From Clostridia bacterium (GTDB taxonomy: Bacteria > Bacillota > Clostridia > Oscillospirales > CAG-272): a DNA stretch of 64,000 nt. The position numbers and the translations under genes were made by a program. The notes under the pieces are model-generated. The model did not search any database and had not been told where the DNA came from. It was given only the letters and a program-made list of their open reading frames with translations. The DNA is taken from positions 1,949 to 65,948 of the forward strand of contig JAFXHU010000026.1 of the NCBI GenBank assembly GCA_017533565.1, given 5' to 3'. Positions 53,505-62,532 of the stretch are shown here, in pieces. How positions within the stretch are numbered: the stretch's first letter is position 1; the number at the start of each line of letters is the position of its first letter.

Positions 53505-53534
53505 TAAAAAGGATTAAAATAAATAATATACTTG

Positions 53535-53563
53535 TTGACATTTTGGGAAAAAGCGGGTATAAT
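53535..53563 (+). promoter_or_regulatory. Consensus sigma-A promoter of the DUF1292 gene
   Basis: TTGACA, 17-bp spacer, TATAAT. Confidence 0.7.
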
Positions 53564-53594
53564 TAAAGAAAAATGATACTTGGCGAGGTGTGAA

Positions 53595-53906
53595 ATGGAA
53601 GAAAGAGAAATAAATCAAATAGACAAAATTCTCGACGAGAATAACGAGGACAACATATTCCTTTACGACGAGGACGATAACGAGCTTGAGTTTGAGCAGG
53701 AGGCGGTTATCCCGATGGACGGCTCGGTTTACGTAATTCTCGTGCCCGTGACTCCTATGGACGGGGTTGGCGAGGACGAGGGCGTTGTCTTCGTAATCGA
53801 GGAGGACGAGGACGGCGAAGCGGTGCTTTCTCTCGTTATCGAGGACGAGATTATTGACGCGGTTTTTGATGAATACGACGGACTTTTGGCGGAGGATGGG
53901 GAATAA
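53595..53906 (+). CDS. DUF1292 domain-containing acidic protein
   Basis: About 103 aa from MEEREINQ. DEDDNELEFE...YVILVP...FVIEEDEDGE pattern. Confidence 0.7.
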   Translation: MEEREINQIDKILDENNEDNIFLYDEDDNELEFEQEAVIPMDGSVYVILVPVTPMDGVGEDEGVVFVIEEDEDGEAVLSLVIEDEIIDAVFDEYDGLLAEDGE

Positions 53907-53994
53907 CCCATCCTTTCCTGCTTTTTGGCGATGCCTATTTGCTGCGGCTTTTTGGGAGCTTGCGGCGAAAATACATAGTTAGGATGAAGGTTTA

Positions 53995-55329
53995 ATGGAA
54001 AAATTCGGCAAACGCAATTTAATAACGCTTCTCGTTTTCGGCATAGCGGGTCAGATTGCCTGGAGCGTTGAAAATATGTATTTCAATCTTTTCGTTTACG
54101 ACGTGATTGATAAAAATCTTGACGCCGTCACCCTTATGGTGCAGTTAAGCGGAGTGGTTGCAACTCTTGTGACGTTGCTTGCGGGCGCTCTTTCTGACAG
54201 ACTCGGTAACAGGCGGAAATTTATCTCGCTCGGCTACTTGATTTGGGGAATTACGGTTTCGCTTTTTGGCTGTATAACCCCCGAGCTTGTCGGAAAAATA
54301 TTCTCGCTTGACGAGGTGCGCGCGGTTTCGGCGGCTCTCGTTTTGGTAATAATTGCCGACTGCGTTATGACGCTTTTCGGCTCTACGGCAAACGACGCCG
54401 CATTTAACGCTTGGGTAACCGATAACACCCGTCCCGCCTTTCGCGGAAGCGTGGAGAGCATAGTTGCGGTGCTTCCGCTTTTCTCAATGCTCGTGGTTGT
54501 CGGCGGCTTCGGTATGCTCGTCGGTCTTATCGGCTATACCGCCGTTTTTATCGCGCTCGGAGTGATTATAACCGCCTGCGGAGCTTTCGGACTTTTCTAC
54601 GTCAAGGACAGTGCGGAGCTTTCGCCGAAGCACGGCGGCTTTTCGGATATAATTTACGGCTTCCGTCCGTCGGTAATCCGCGGTAACGCCGCGCTTTACG
54701 TAACCTTTCTTATCGTAGGTGTGTACGGCATAGCCTGTCAGGTGTTTATGCCCTATTTGATTATCTATATGCGGGAGTCGCTCGGCTTTTCCGCCCTTGA
54801 ATACAGCGCGGTTTTCGCAATAGCCATACTCGTCGGTGCGGCAATGAATCTCGTCCTCGGGCGAATTTCCGACCGAAGGGAAAAGACGGAGCTGCTTTAT
54901 ATCGCGGTTATTATATTCTCGGCGGGACTTTTCGCGATGTATATGGCTCGCGAGATGCTGCACGTGGCTAACCTCGTTTTCTTCGGGCTTTCGGGCTTTG
55001 CAATGATAACGGGATATATCTTCGTAGCACAGCTTACGGGCGCGATAATGCGCGACCTTACACCGAAAAACGACGTCGGAAAAATGCAGGGCGTGAGAAT
55101 GGTATTCGCCGTGCTTATACCTATGATTTTCGGTCCGATGATTGGAAATTCCATCAACAAATCAAAGGGTCTTTTGCTTGAAAATGCGGGAGCCGACGCT
55201 ATGACGACCTCCTACGTGCCCGCACCCGAAATCTTTCTCGTTGCCTCGGGAATTTCTATGCTTTCGCTGCTTCTCGTCTATCTTTTGAAGCGCGTTGCCG
55301 CAAGGAGGAGTGAGCTTGGAGAGGATTGA
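53995..55329 (+). CDS. MFS transporter
   Basis: 444 aa, 12 TM segments. GALSDRLGNRRKF loop motif. Confidence 0.85.
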   Translation: MEKFGKRNLITLLVFGIAGQIAWSVENMYFNLFVYDVIDKNLDAVTLMVQLSGVVATLVTLLAGALSDRLGNRRKFISLGYLIWGITVSLFGCITPELVGKIFSLDEVRAVSAALVLVIIADCVMTLFGSTANDAAFNAWVTDNTRPAFRGSVESIVAVLPLFSMLVVVGGFGMLVGLIGYTAVFIALGVIITACGAFGLFYVKDSAELSPKHGGFSDIIYGFRPSVIRGNAALYVTFLIVGVYGIACQVFMPYLIIYMRESLGFSALEYSAVFAIAILVGAAMNLVLGRISDRREKTELLYIAVIIFSAGLFAMYMAREMLHVANLVFFGLSGFAMITGYIFVAQLTGAIMRDLTPKNDVGKMQGVRMVFAVLIPMIFGPMIGNSINKSKGLLLENAGADAMTTSYVPAPEIFLVASGISMLSLLLVYLLKRVAARRSELGED

Positions 55330-56164
55330 CCTTCATTTACATACGACCGCCTCGGACGGCACGGATTCCCCCGCGGAGCTTGTGCAAAGGGCGGGCAAAA
55401 TGGGACTTGGCATAATTTCGGTGACCGACCACGATACCGTGGAGGGAATTTCGGAGGCGCGCGCGGCACTCCCCGAAAATATGCGCCTAATAAACGGTGT
55501 GGAGCTTTCCTCCGCCGTTTTTGGGGAGGGCGGCTTTCGCTGTCATATTCTCGGATACGGCTTTGACCCCGACTCGGAGGCTATTCGCTTTGCGATTAGG
55601 GAGGGAATTAAAAAGCGTCGCGAAAAGCTTTACGCCCGCATAGATTATATCAAATCAAATTTCGGCATATCCTTTAGCGGGGAGGAAATCTCCGAGCTTG
55701 AGGGGCTTAATTCGGTAAGCAAGCTGCATATTGCAAGGCTTTTGATTAAGCACGGATATGCACGAAGCGTCGGAGAGGCGATAGACAAATATATCGGAAA
55801 GCGCGCACCCGATGACAGAATAGATGCCGCCCTTGCCACCGAGGCAATAATCTCGGCGGGAGGTGTTGCCGTTTACGCTCACCCCATCGGCGGCGAAAGA
55901 GAGAAAAGGCTTGAACCTCGGGAGCTGCTTCGCCGTGCCGAAATTTTACACGGTATGGGGGTTTCGGGTCTTGAGGCCTATTATTCTCGCTATACCGCCC
56001 GTGACCGCGCCCCAATTCTCTGTGTGGCAAGCGAGCTTTCTATGCTCGTCAGTGCGGGAAGCGACTACCACGGTGAAAACAAAACCGTGCCGCTCGGCTG
56101 TCTTGACGCGGACGGAGCCGAAATCGACACGTCGGCGGTTACTCTGCTTAAAAAAATCAAGTAA
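55316..56164 (+). CDS. PHP-domain metal-dependent phosphoesterase (TrpH/YciV-like)
   Basis: IDLHLHTTASDG and TDHDT motifs. A TTG start at 55316 fits the AGGAGG RBS. The frame is open from 55295. Confidence 0.8.
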   Translation: MERIDLHLHTTASDGTDSPAELVQRAGKMGLGIISVTDHDTVEGISEARAALPENMRLINGVELSSAVFGEGGFRCHILGYGFDPDSEAIRFAIREGIKKRREKLYARIDYIKSNFGISFSGEEISELEGLNSVSKLHIARLLIKHGYARSVGEAIDKYIGKRAPDDRIDAALATEAIISAGGVAVYAHPIGGEREKRLEPRELLRRAEILHGMGVSGLEAYYSRYTARDRAPILCVASELSMLVSAGSDYHGENKTVPLGCLDADGAEIDTSAVTLLKKIK

Positions 56165-56242
56165 AGCCGTCCGATTTTCCCGCAATTTGTTGACAACGCT
56201 TATATTTTATGATACTATAATAAAAAAACAACGAGGTGTAAT

Positions 56243-56740
56243 ATGGAGTTTTGTACATACTGTGGCGCACGGCTTGATGCCGGCGTATCCTTTTGCCCCA
56301 ATTGCGGTGCAAAGGTAGAAAGAAGCGAGAGCTTTGCGAAGAGCGAGCCTATCGACAGCGCATTTACCTCCGCGGGCGGCGGATATTCCGCCCCGAGCCG
56401 CGACTATACCGAAAGCAAGGGTGTTGCGATACTCTCCTTCCTGATTCCGCTTGCGGGTCTTATTATGTGGCTTATGTGGAAGGATGAAAAGCCGGGAAAG
56501 GCAACCTCCGCGCTAAAGGGTCTTTTTGCTGTGCTTTGCTGGAATATTCCGATTGCGGGTATTATTCTTTACTTCGTTTGGAAGGAAGAAAAGCCTGATT
56601 TTGCAAAAATCGGTCTTATCTGGGGTATTCTCGGCTTCGTTCTCGGCATTGTGTTCGGATTTATTTACGGTATCGCAATTGTAATGCTGGAGCTTGCGGG
56701 CTATGAATCCTATGCCGCAATTGCAGGTATGCTTATCTAA
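56243..56740 (+). CDS. Zinc-ribbon domain membrane protein
   Basis: N-terminal CTYCG...CPNCG, then a four-TM-like region. Paralogous to the next gene. Confidence 0.7.
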   Translation: MEFCTYCGARLDAGVSFCPNCGAKVERSESFAKSEPIDSAFTSAGGGYSAPSRDYTESKGVAILSFLIPLAGLIMWLMWKDEKPGKATSALKGLFAVLCWNIPIAGIILYFVWKEEKPDFAKIGLIWGILGFVLGIVFGFIYGIAIVMLELAGYESYAAIAGMLI

Positions 56741-56803
56741 AAAAACACGGCATCCCTTTACGGGGTGCCGATCTATTACGTATTTTGACTGTGTGAGGCT
56801 TAT

Positions 56804-57250
56804 ATGAAATATTGCTCCTATTGCGGAAGTAAAATAGAGGACGGCGCGGCGTTTTGCTCGGGCTGCGGCGCAAAGGCGTCACCCTCCGCTTCGTCCTTTG
56901 AGGCTTCGTTTGGCTCGGAGGGCGCTCGCCCCGGTGATACCCGCGATTTTACCGAAAGCACGGGTGTTCTTATTCTCTCGTTGTTTATTCCCATCGTAGG
57001 CTTGATTTTTTATCTTATATGGAACGAAAGCCACCCCGGAAAGGCTAATTCCGCGCTGAAGGGACTTTTGATTTCGATTTGTCTCGGAGTGCCGCTGCTC
57101 GGTATAATTCTTTATTTCGTTTGGAAGGAAGAAAAGCCCGATTTTGCGAAAATCTCGCTCGTTTCGGGTATAATTTCGTTTATTATACCGATAGTAGCCT
57201 TCGTTCTTTATTTTGCGATTATCATCGCTATGGTGTTTGCGTCGGTGTAA
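56804..57250 (+). CDS. Zinc-ribbon domain membrane protein (tandem paralog)
   Basis: CSYCG...CSGCG. Shares the ...PGKA.SALKGL....PI.GIILYFVWKEEKPDFAKI block with the 56243 gene. Confidence 0.7.
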   Translation: MKYCSYCGSKIEDGAAFCSGCGAKASPSASSFEASFGSEGARPGDTRDFTESTGVLILSLFIPIVGLIFYLIWNESHPGKANSALKGLLISICLGVPLLGIILYFVWKEEKPDFAKISLVSGIISFIIPIVAFVLYFAIIIAMVFASV

Positions 57251-57380
57251 CCGCGGGAGCTGATGCCTACGCGGTATTCCTTGCCATCGCGCTCCTGTGA
57301 TAAATCACCGCCGTTTGCCAAATCACCGCAATTTTTAAAAGCATCGCGGCTTATCAAAGCCGCCCCTTGGCGGATAACAG

Positions 57381-57420
57381 AATCACGCCCGTCGGACGAC
57401 GGGCGTGATTTTTGCTTTTT
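57381..57420. terminator. Bidirectional intrinsic terminator
   Basis: AATCACGCCCGTC-GGAC-GACGGGCGTGATT (13-bp stem) followed by TTTTGCTTTTT. Confidence 0.75.
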
Positions 57421-57441
57421 GCGATTTGCCGTGGGGCGGGG

Positions 57442-57621
57442 TTATTCCTCCTCGCCGTTTTGCTCGGACGCCTTGACTGCCGCGAGGCGGTTTATCGTCC
57501 AGTTGATAAGATAGGTGGAAAGCATAATTATCGCAACAATCATAAGCACTCCGAGCATACCGATGCCCATATACTTAAGGTTGGTGATAAACGCCATAGG
57601 GTCGAAAATAAATTTGTTCAT
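57442..57621 (-). CDS. OadG-like small membrane protein (putative decarboxylase gamma subunit), missing from the ORF track
   Basis: 59 codons. GGAGG RBS 7 nt before the ATG. Single TM helix KYMGIGMLGVLMIVAIIMLSTYLI and an acidic tail. Lies 11 nt downstream of the beta subunit gene. Confidence 0.5.
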   Translation of the reverse strand: MNKFIFDPMAFITNLKYMGIGMLGVLMIVAIIMLSTYLINWTINRLAAVKASEQNGEEE

Positions 57622-57632
57622 TTGCTACCTCC

Positions 57633-58886
57633 TTAACCTGCAAAGAAGCCAAGCACGAGTGCGCCCGCGATAACCGATGCAATCTGTCCCGAAACGTTTA
57701 CGCCGATAGAGTGCATAAGGATAAAGTTTTGGTTATCCTCCTCAAGCGCCATCTTGTGTACTATTCTTCCCGACATGGGGAATGCGGAAATACCTGCCGC
57801 GCCAATCATTGGATTAACCTTTTCAAACTTGAACACGCCCGCGAGGAGGTTGTAAAGCTTTGCAAAGAGGACGCCGCCCGCGGTGTCGAATATGAAGGCG
57901 ACAAGACCAAGACCCATAATAAGGAGGGTGTTGACGTTAAGGAACTGTGCCGCGGTCATATTGAAGGCGATTGTGATGCCGAGGAATATGGTGATAAGGT
58001 TTGCAAGCACCTTTTGCGCGGTTTCGGAAAGCGAGTCGAGGACTCCGCACTCTCTTATAAGGTTACCGAACATAAGGAAGCCGATAAGCGAGCCTGCGCC
58101 CGGGGCGAACAGGCAGGCGATGATTGTAATGATAATCGGGAAAAGGATACGGGTAGTCTTTGAAACGCTCGTCGCCTTGTAGGACATTCGGATTCTGCGC
58201 TCGTTTTTGGTGGTGAGCATCTTGATTACGGGCGGCTGGATTACGGGAACGAGAGCCATATAGGAGTACGCCGCAACGGTTATCGCGCCGATGTAATTAG
58301 AGCCGAGGGTGTTTGCAACTACGATGGAGGTGGGGCCGTCCGCCGCGCCGATGATTGCAATGGAGGCGTAGTCCTTTGCCTCGGGGAAGAATACCGAAGC
58401 AAGGCAGAGGGTAAAGAAGATACCGAACTGTGCCGCCGCACCGAAAATCATAAGCTTCGGATTGTTAAGAAGCGGACCGAAGTCGATCATTGCACCGATA
58501 CCGATAAAGAGGATAAGCGGGAAAAGCTCGTTTGCAATACCCGCGTTGTAAAGGGTATTGAGCGGCTCCGCCGCGCCCGAGAAGTGATATACAGCCTCGG
58601 AGATATTAAAGCATTCGGGACACATACCGTCGGTGTGAAGTCCGACGTCGGAAATATTTGCTCCGCAAACCGAGCAGAATTGCTGGATAATTCCGGGGAA
58701 ATTCATAATAATTGCGCCAAATCCAATCGGGAGAAGGAGGGTCGGCTCCATTCCCTTTTTGATGGCAAGGTATATAAGCACACCGCCGATGACCCACATT
58801 ATCATCATCATCCAGTTGGGAGTGCCGTTGGTTTTACCGACGAAAAGCGCGCCGATAGAGCCAAACAAATTCTCAAAGAGGTTCAT
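57633..58886 (-). CDS. Sodium-ion-translocating decarboxylase beta subunit (OadB/GcdB/MmdB family)
   Basis: Start at MNLFENLF (58886). PIGFGAI, GAMIDFGPLL, GAADGPTS and AAYSYMALVP motifs. Confidence 0.85.
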   Translation of the reverse strand: MNLFENLFGSIGALFVGKTNGTPNWMMMIMWVIGGVLIYLAIKKGMEPTLLLPIGFGAIIMNFPGIIQQFCSVCGANISDVGLHTDGMCPECFNISEAVYHFSGAAEPLNTLYNAGIANELFPLILFIGIGAMIDFGPLLNNPKLMIFGAAAQFGIFFTLCLASVFFPEAKDYASIAIIGAADGPTSIVVANTLGSNYIGAITVAAYSYMALVPVIQPPVIKMLTTKNERRIRMSYKATSVSKTTRILFPIIITIIACLFAPGAGSLIGFLMFGNLIRECGVLDSLSETAQKVLANLITIFLGITIAFNMTAAQFLNVNTLLIMGLGLVAFIFDTAGGVLFAKLYNLLAGVFKFEKVNPMIGAAGISAFPMSGRIVHKMALEEDNQNFILMHSIGVNVSGQIASVIAGALVLGFFAG

Positions 58887-59061
58887 TTTTAAATCCTTTC
58901 GTTTAAAATCGTTAAGCCTTTGTGAATAAACTGTCAATCATACGGAAAAATTATACTACAAAAGAAAATAAAAATCAAGACATAAGTTAAAAAACGTATA
59001 ATTACTTCAAAAACGGAAAACATTTAACTATAAAACGGGCAAAAGCCCAAACGGAGGGAAA

Positions 59062-59466
59062 ATGAAGCATTATACCTGCCGCTTTTGCGGCAATTTAGTT
59101 GCAATGATAAACGATACGGGAAGGAATATCGGCTGCTGCGGTAAAAATATGACCGAGGTTGTCCCGCAAAAGTGGGACGGAAGGGACGAAAAGGGGGAAA
59201 AGCACACCCCGATAATTGAAAACGACGGCGGCAGGGTGCGCGTAAGCGTAGGGCCAAAGAACAACCGCCACCCGCAAACGAGCGAGCATTCGATTGGCTG
59301 GGTATGCCTTGTCACAAGCGAGGGAAGCCACAGAAAAACGCTCTCTCCCGACGGGGAGGACACGGCGGAGTTTCTTCTGTCAAGGGGGGAGCGTCCGATT
59401 GCCGCCTTCGCCTACTGTAATCTTCACGGCGTTTACGTCACCGAGTGCAAGGACGGCTGTATTTAA
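59062..59466 (+). CDS. dfx: Desulfoferrodoxin-family superoxide reductase
   Basis: N-terminal desulforedoxin-like CRFCG...CCG. Centre-II motifs EKHTP...H...H...C..HG. Confidence 0.85.
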   Translation: MKHYTCRFCGNLVAMINDTGRNIGCCGKNMTEVVPQKWDGRDEKGEKHTPIIENDGGRVRVSVGPKNNRHPQTSEHSIGWVCLVTSEGSHRKTLSPDGEDTAEFLLSRGERPIAAFAYCNLHGVYVTECKDGCI

Positions 59467-59475
59467 GCGTTTTTA

Positions 59476-59515
59476 TAAAAAAGCACCCACCCGTGTCAAA
59501 TTTCGGGTGGGTGCT
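59476..59515 (-). terminator. Intrinsic terminator after the mgtC-like gene (may also stop dfx)
   Basis: AGCACCCACCCG...CGGGTGGGTGCT 12-bp stem. T6 on the - strand. Confidence 0.75.
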
Positions 59516-59576
59516 TCGCTTCTTTCTTGCATTTCTTGTTTTTTGGGGGCTTAACCCAAAATGCAAACAATTGTTG

Positions 59577-60284
59577 TCAAATGCTTTCTATTGCGAAAAC
59601 CACGTATTCAAGCTCCTCGAGCGCGGCTACCATTGTTTTCGGGGAAAGGGAGGAATATTCCTTTGCGGTGGTGTGGACGTTAGCCTCGATGCCCACGTTG
59701 CCCACGGTATTGCTTCGCGGAGGGGTGACCTGTATATCCGTGGTGGGAAATTCGTTTTCGAGGTGCGAAATCATATCGCGCACCGCGCGGTCGGAGGTGA
59801 TTTCGATATAAATACCGAAGCGCGTGTTCTTTCTCGTAATCTTGTATTCAAGGCGCGCCATTATCGTGGTCGCAAGCACCGCAAGGAGGAAGATAACCAC
59901 CGCCCCCTCGTAAAATCCGATGCCGAGTGCAAGACCTATCGCTGCAACGGTCCAAAGCCCCGCCGCGGTTGTAAGCCCCGTAATCTGGAAGCGTCCCTTT
60001 ATTAAAATCGTACCAACGCCGAGAAAGCCGATGCCCGATATAACCTGTGCCGAGATACGGAGCGGGTCGGAGCTGTATCCGAGGATTTCGTAGGCGTAAA
60101 TACCCGTCATTGCGGTAAGCGTCGCACCGAGGCAAACGAGAATGTGCGTGCGCATTCCCGCGGCGCGCCCCTGCTTTCCTCTTTCCATTCCGATAATACC
60201 GCCGACTGCGGTCGCGACAAGTGCGCGGAATACCGTCGTCCAAAGCACGTCAAGAGTGCCGAGATATTCAAAAAAAGCTCTCAT
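59577..60284 (-). CDS. MgtC/SapB family membrane protein
   Basis: Start at MRAFFEYLG (AAAGGAGGA RBS). GGIIGMERG....AGMRTH motif and an ACT-like C-terminus. Confidence 0.85.
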   Translation of the reverse strand: MRAFFEYLGTLDVLWTTVFRALVATAVGGIIGMERGKQGRAAGMRTHILVCLGATLTAMTGIYAYEILGYSSDPLRISAQVISGIGFLGVGTILIKGRFQITGLTTAAGLWTVAAIGLALGIGFYEGAVVIFLLAVLATTIMARLEYKITRKNTRFGIYIEITSDRAVRDMISHLENEFPTTDIQVTPPRSNTVGNVGIEANVHTTAKEYSSLSPKTMVAALEELEYVVFAIESI

Positions 60285-60591
60285 ATTATCCTCCTTTTTC
60301 GCACGGCGGGCGGGATTTGCCGCCAAATGCGGATCTCAAGATACTGCCTTTATTACATTTTAGCATAACAATCCGATTAAGTCAAGTACACAAACGCCGC
60401 ACAGAATAAATTAAAAAAATTATAAAAATCGTAGAAAATATTATTTTATTTTACCTTTCTCTTGAAATTGTGCGGTTAAATGTGGTATAGTTATAATTGG
60501 GCGGAAATGCGACGGAGAAATCCGCCGAGTTTCGCTTTTTATTTTTGACAGGCTTTTTATTATCATAATTCTCAAAGGAGAAAGGACAACA

Positions 60592-62400
60592 ATGAATAAA
60601 CTCGTGAACTTCACTCTTGAAGCGGGCGAATTCGGACTCGTTGAAATCCTATCGCTTTTCTGCGGACTTGCTCTTTTCCTTTACGGAATGGAGGTTATGG
60701 GCGATTCGCTTAAAAAAAGCGCGGGAAACAGTCTTAAGGCTATTCTTGGAAAAATGACCTCTAATCCCATAAAGGGATTTTTGCTCGGACTTGCGGTTAC
60801 CCTCGTAATCCAGTCCTCCTCGGCTACGACGGTTATGGTCGTCGGCTTTGTAAACTCGGGCACTATGACGCTTTTGCAGTCGGTGGGCGTTATCATCGGC
60901 GCAAACGTCGGTACTGCCGTCACCGCTTGGCTCACCGCGCTTAACTCGCTCGGAGGAGAGCAGGGCGAAAGCCTCGTCGGTATTCTCTCCTGGCTGAAGC
61001 CCGACTCCTGGGTTCCTATCGTTGCGGTTATCGGCATTTGCCTTATAATGTTCGTAAAGCGCGGAAGGAAAAAGGATATCGGCGCAATTCTTCTCGGCTT
61101 TGCCGTTCTTATGACGGGTATGACGATGATGTCCGACGCGGTTGCCCCGCTTAAGCACAACGAAACCTTTACGAACATTCTCACGATGTTCTCTAACCCC
61201 GTGCTTGGTATTCTCGCGGGCATCGTGCTTACCGCGATTATACAGTCGTCATCCGCCTCCGTCGGTATTTTACAGGCGCTCACCGCTACGGGTGCGATAA
61301 GCTTTGGCGCGGCAATTCCCATCGTAATGGGCCAGAATATCGGTACCTGCGTTACCGCGATGATTTCCTCGCTCGGCGCAAACAAAAACGGAAAGCGCGC
61401 GGCGGTTATTCACCTTTCCTTTAACGTTATCGGCGTGGTTGCCGTTTCGGTTCTTTTCTATTCGATAAACGCAATCTTCGGCTGCTTTAACGGACTTATC
61501 GGAGGGTTCACCAACGCTTGGGATATTGCGATAATTCACACGGTGTTCAAGCTTATCTGCGTGGCTCTTATCGGACCGTTTTACAAGCAGCTCGAAAGGC
61601 TTTCGAAGCTTATCGTTCGCGATAAAAAGGACGAAAACGAAACCAACAGCCTTCTTGACGAGCGTCTTCTCGGCACTCCCGCAATCGCGGTGGAGCGCGC
61701 TACGCAGGTTGCAAGGACGATGGCTACCCTTTCGGGCAAGGCTATCGCGGACGCAATCTCGCTTCTTGAAAATTTCGATGCGAAGGTCGCAGACTCGGTG
61801 CGCGACGTGGAGGGCAAGGTTGACGTCCTCGAGGACACCATCGGCTCATATCTTGTAAAGCTTTCCGCCTGCGAGCTTGACAGCGCCGACTCCGAGCAGG
61901 TTACAAAGCTGCTTCACATAATCGGCGACTACGAGCGCATCTCCGACCACGCGGTTAACATCGTGGAGTCGGCGGAGGAGATGAAGGACAAGAAGCTCTC
62001 CTTCTCCCCCGAGGCAAAGCGCGAGCTTGCCACCCTTGCGGCGGCGGTCACCGAAATTCTCGCAATTACCGAGGCGGCGTTTGCAAGCAACGACGTTAAT
62101 ACGGCGGCGGACATCGAGCCTCTTGAGCAGGTCGTTGACGAGCTTCGCGATAAGATTCGTCTTAATCATATTATGCGACTTCAAAAGAGCGAGTGTACAA
62201 TCGAGCACGGCTTCGTGCTTTCCGACCTGCTTACCAATTTTGAAAGAGTTGCCGACCACTGCTCCAACATCGGCGGCTGCGTAATCGAGATTTCCGCCTA
62301 CGACGCGCTTGATATGCACAAGTATCTTGCGGGTGTTCGCGACGGCAGCGGCGATTACGAGGAAAAGTGCGAGCTTTTCAGAAGCAAGTACGCTTTATAA
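60592..62400 (+). CDS. Na/Pi cotransporter family protein with C-terminal PhoU-like repeats
   Basis: 602 aa. Duplicated QSSSAT/QSSSAS motifs. C-terminal PhoU-like D..V...E...D repeats. Confidence 0.85.
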   Translation: MNKLVNFTLEAGEFGLVEILSLFCGLALFLYGMEVMGDSLKKSAGNSLKAILGKMTSNPIKGFLLGLAVTLVIQSSSATTVMVVGFVNSGTMTLLQSVGVIIGANVGTAVTAWLTALNSLGGEQGESLVGILSWLKPDSWVPIVAVIGICLIMFVKRGRKKDIGAILLGFAVLMTGMTMMSDAVAPLKHNETFTNILTMFSNPVLGILAGIVLTAIIQSSSASVGILQALTATGAISFGAAIPIVMGQNIGTCVTAMISSLGANKNGKRAAVIHLSFNVIGVVAVSVLFYSINAIFGCFNGLIGGFTNAWDIAIIHTVFKLICVALIGPFYKQLERLSKLIVRDKKDENETNSLLDERLLGTPAIAVERATQVARTMATLSGKAIADAISLLENFDAKVADSVRDVEGKVDVLEDTIGSYLVKLSACELDSADSEQVTKLLHIIGDYERISDHAVNIVESAEEMKDKKLSFSPEAKRELATLAAAVTEILAITEAAFASNDVNTAADIEPLEQVVDELRDKIRLNHIMRLQKSECTIEHGFVLSDLLTNFERVADHCSNIGGCVIEISAYDALDMHKYLAGVRDGSGDYEEKCELFRSKYAL

Positions 62401-62532
62401 TCGAAGCAAGGAAACCCCTTTATCCTTTGCGGCTTGGATTTTGACCCGACAGCCGCACCAAAAACGTAATTCTTCAAGCGTCGCGAGTTCGGGCGTGTAT
62501 GCCCCCCGGTGCTTAAAGTAAAAGGAGAAAAT

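Noticed and set aside
60285-60591. M-box (Mg2+) riboswitch upstream of the mgtC-like gene, or a leader of the Na/Pi transporter
   Set aside because: It is an AT-rich intergenic region with promoter-like elements only. No M-box conserved core was recognised on either strand.
62401-62532. SAM (S-box) riboswitch or T-box upstream of metY
   Set aside because: There is no S-box core (GAGGGA...GCAACC) and no T-box sequence. No convincing terminator/antiterminator pair is visible.
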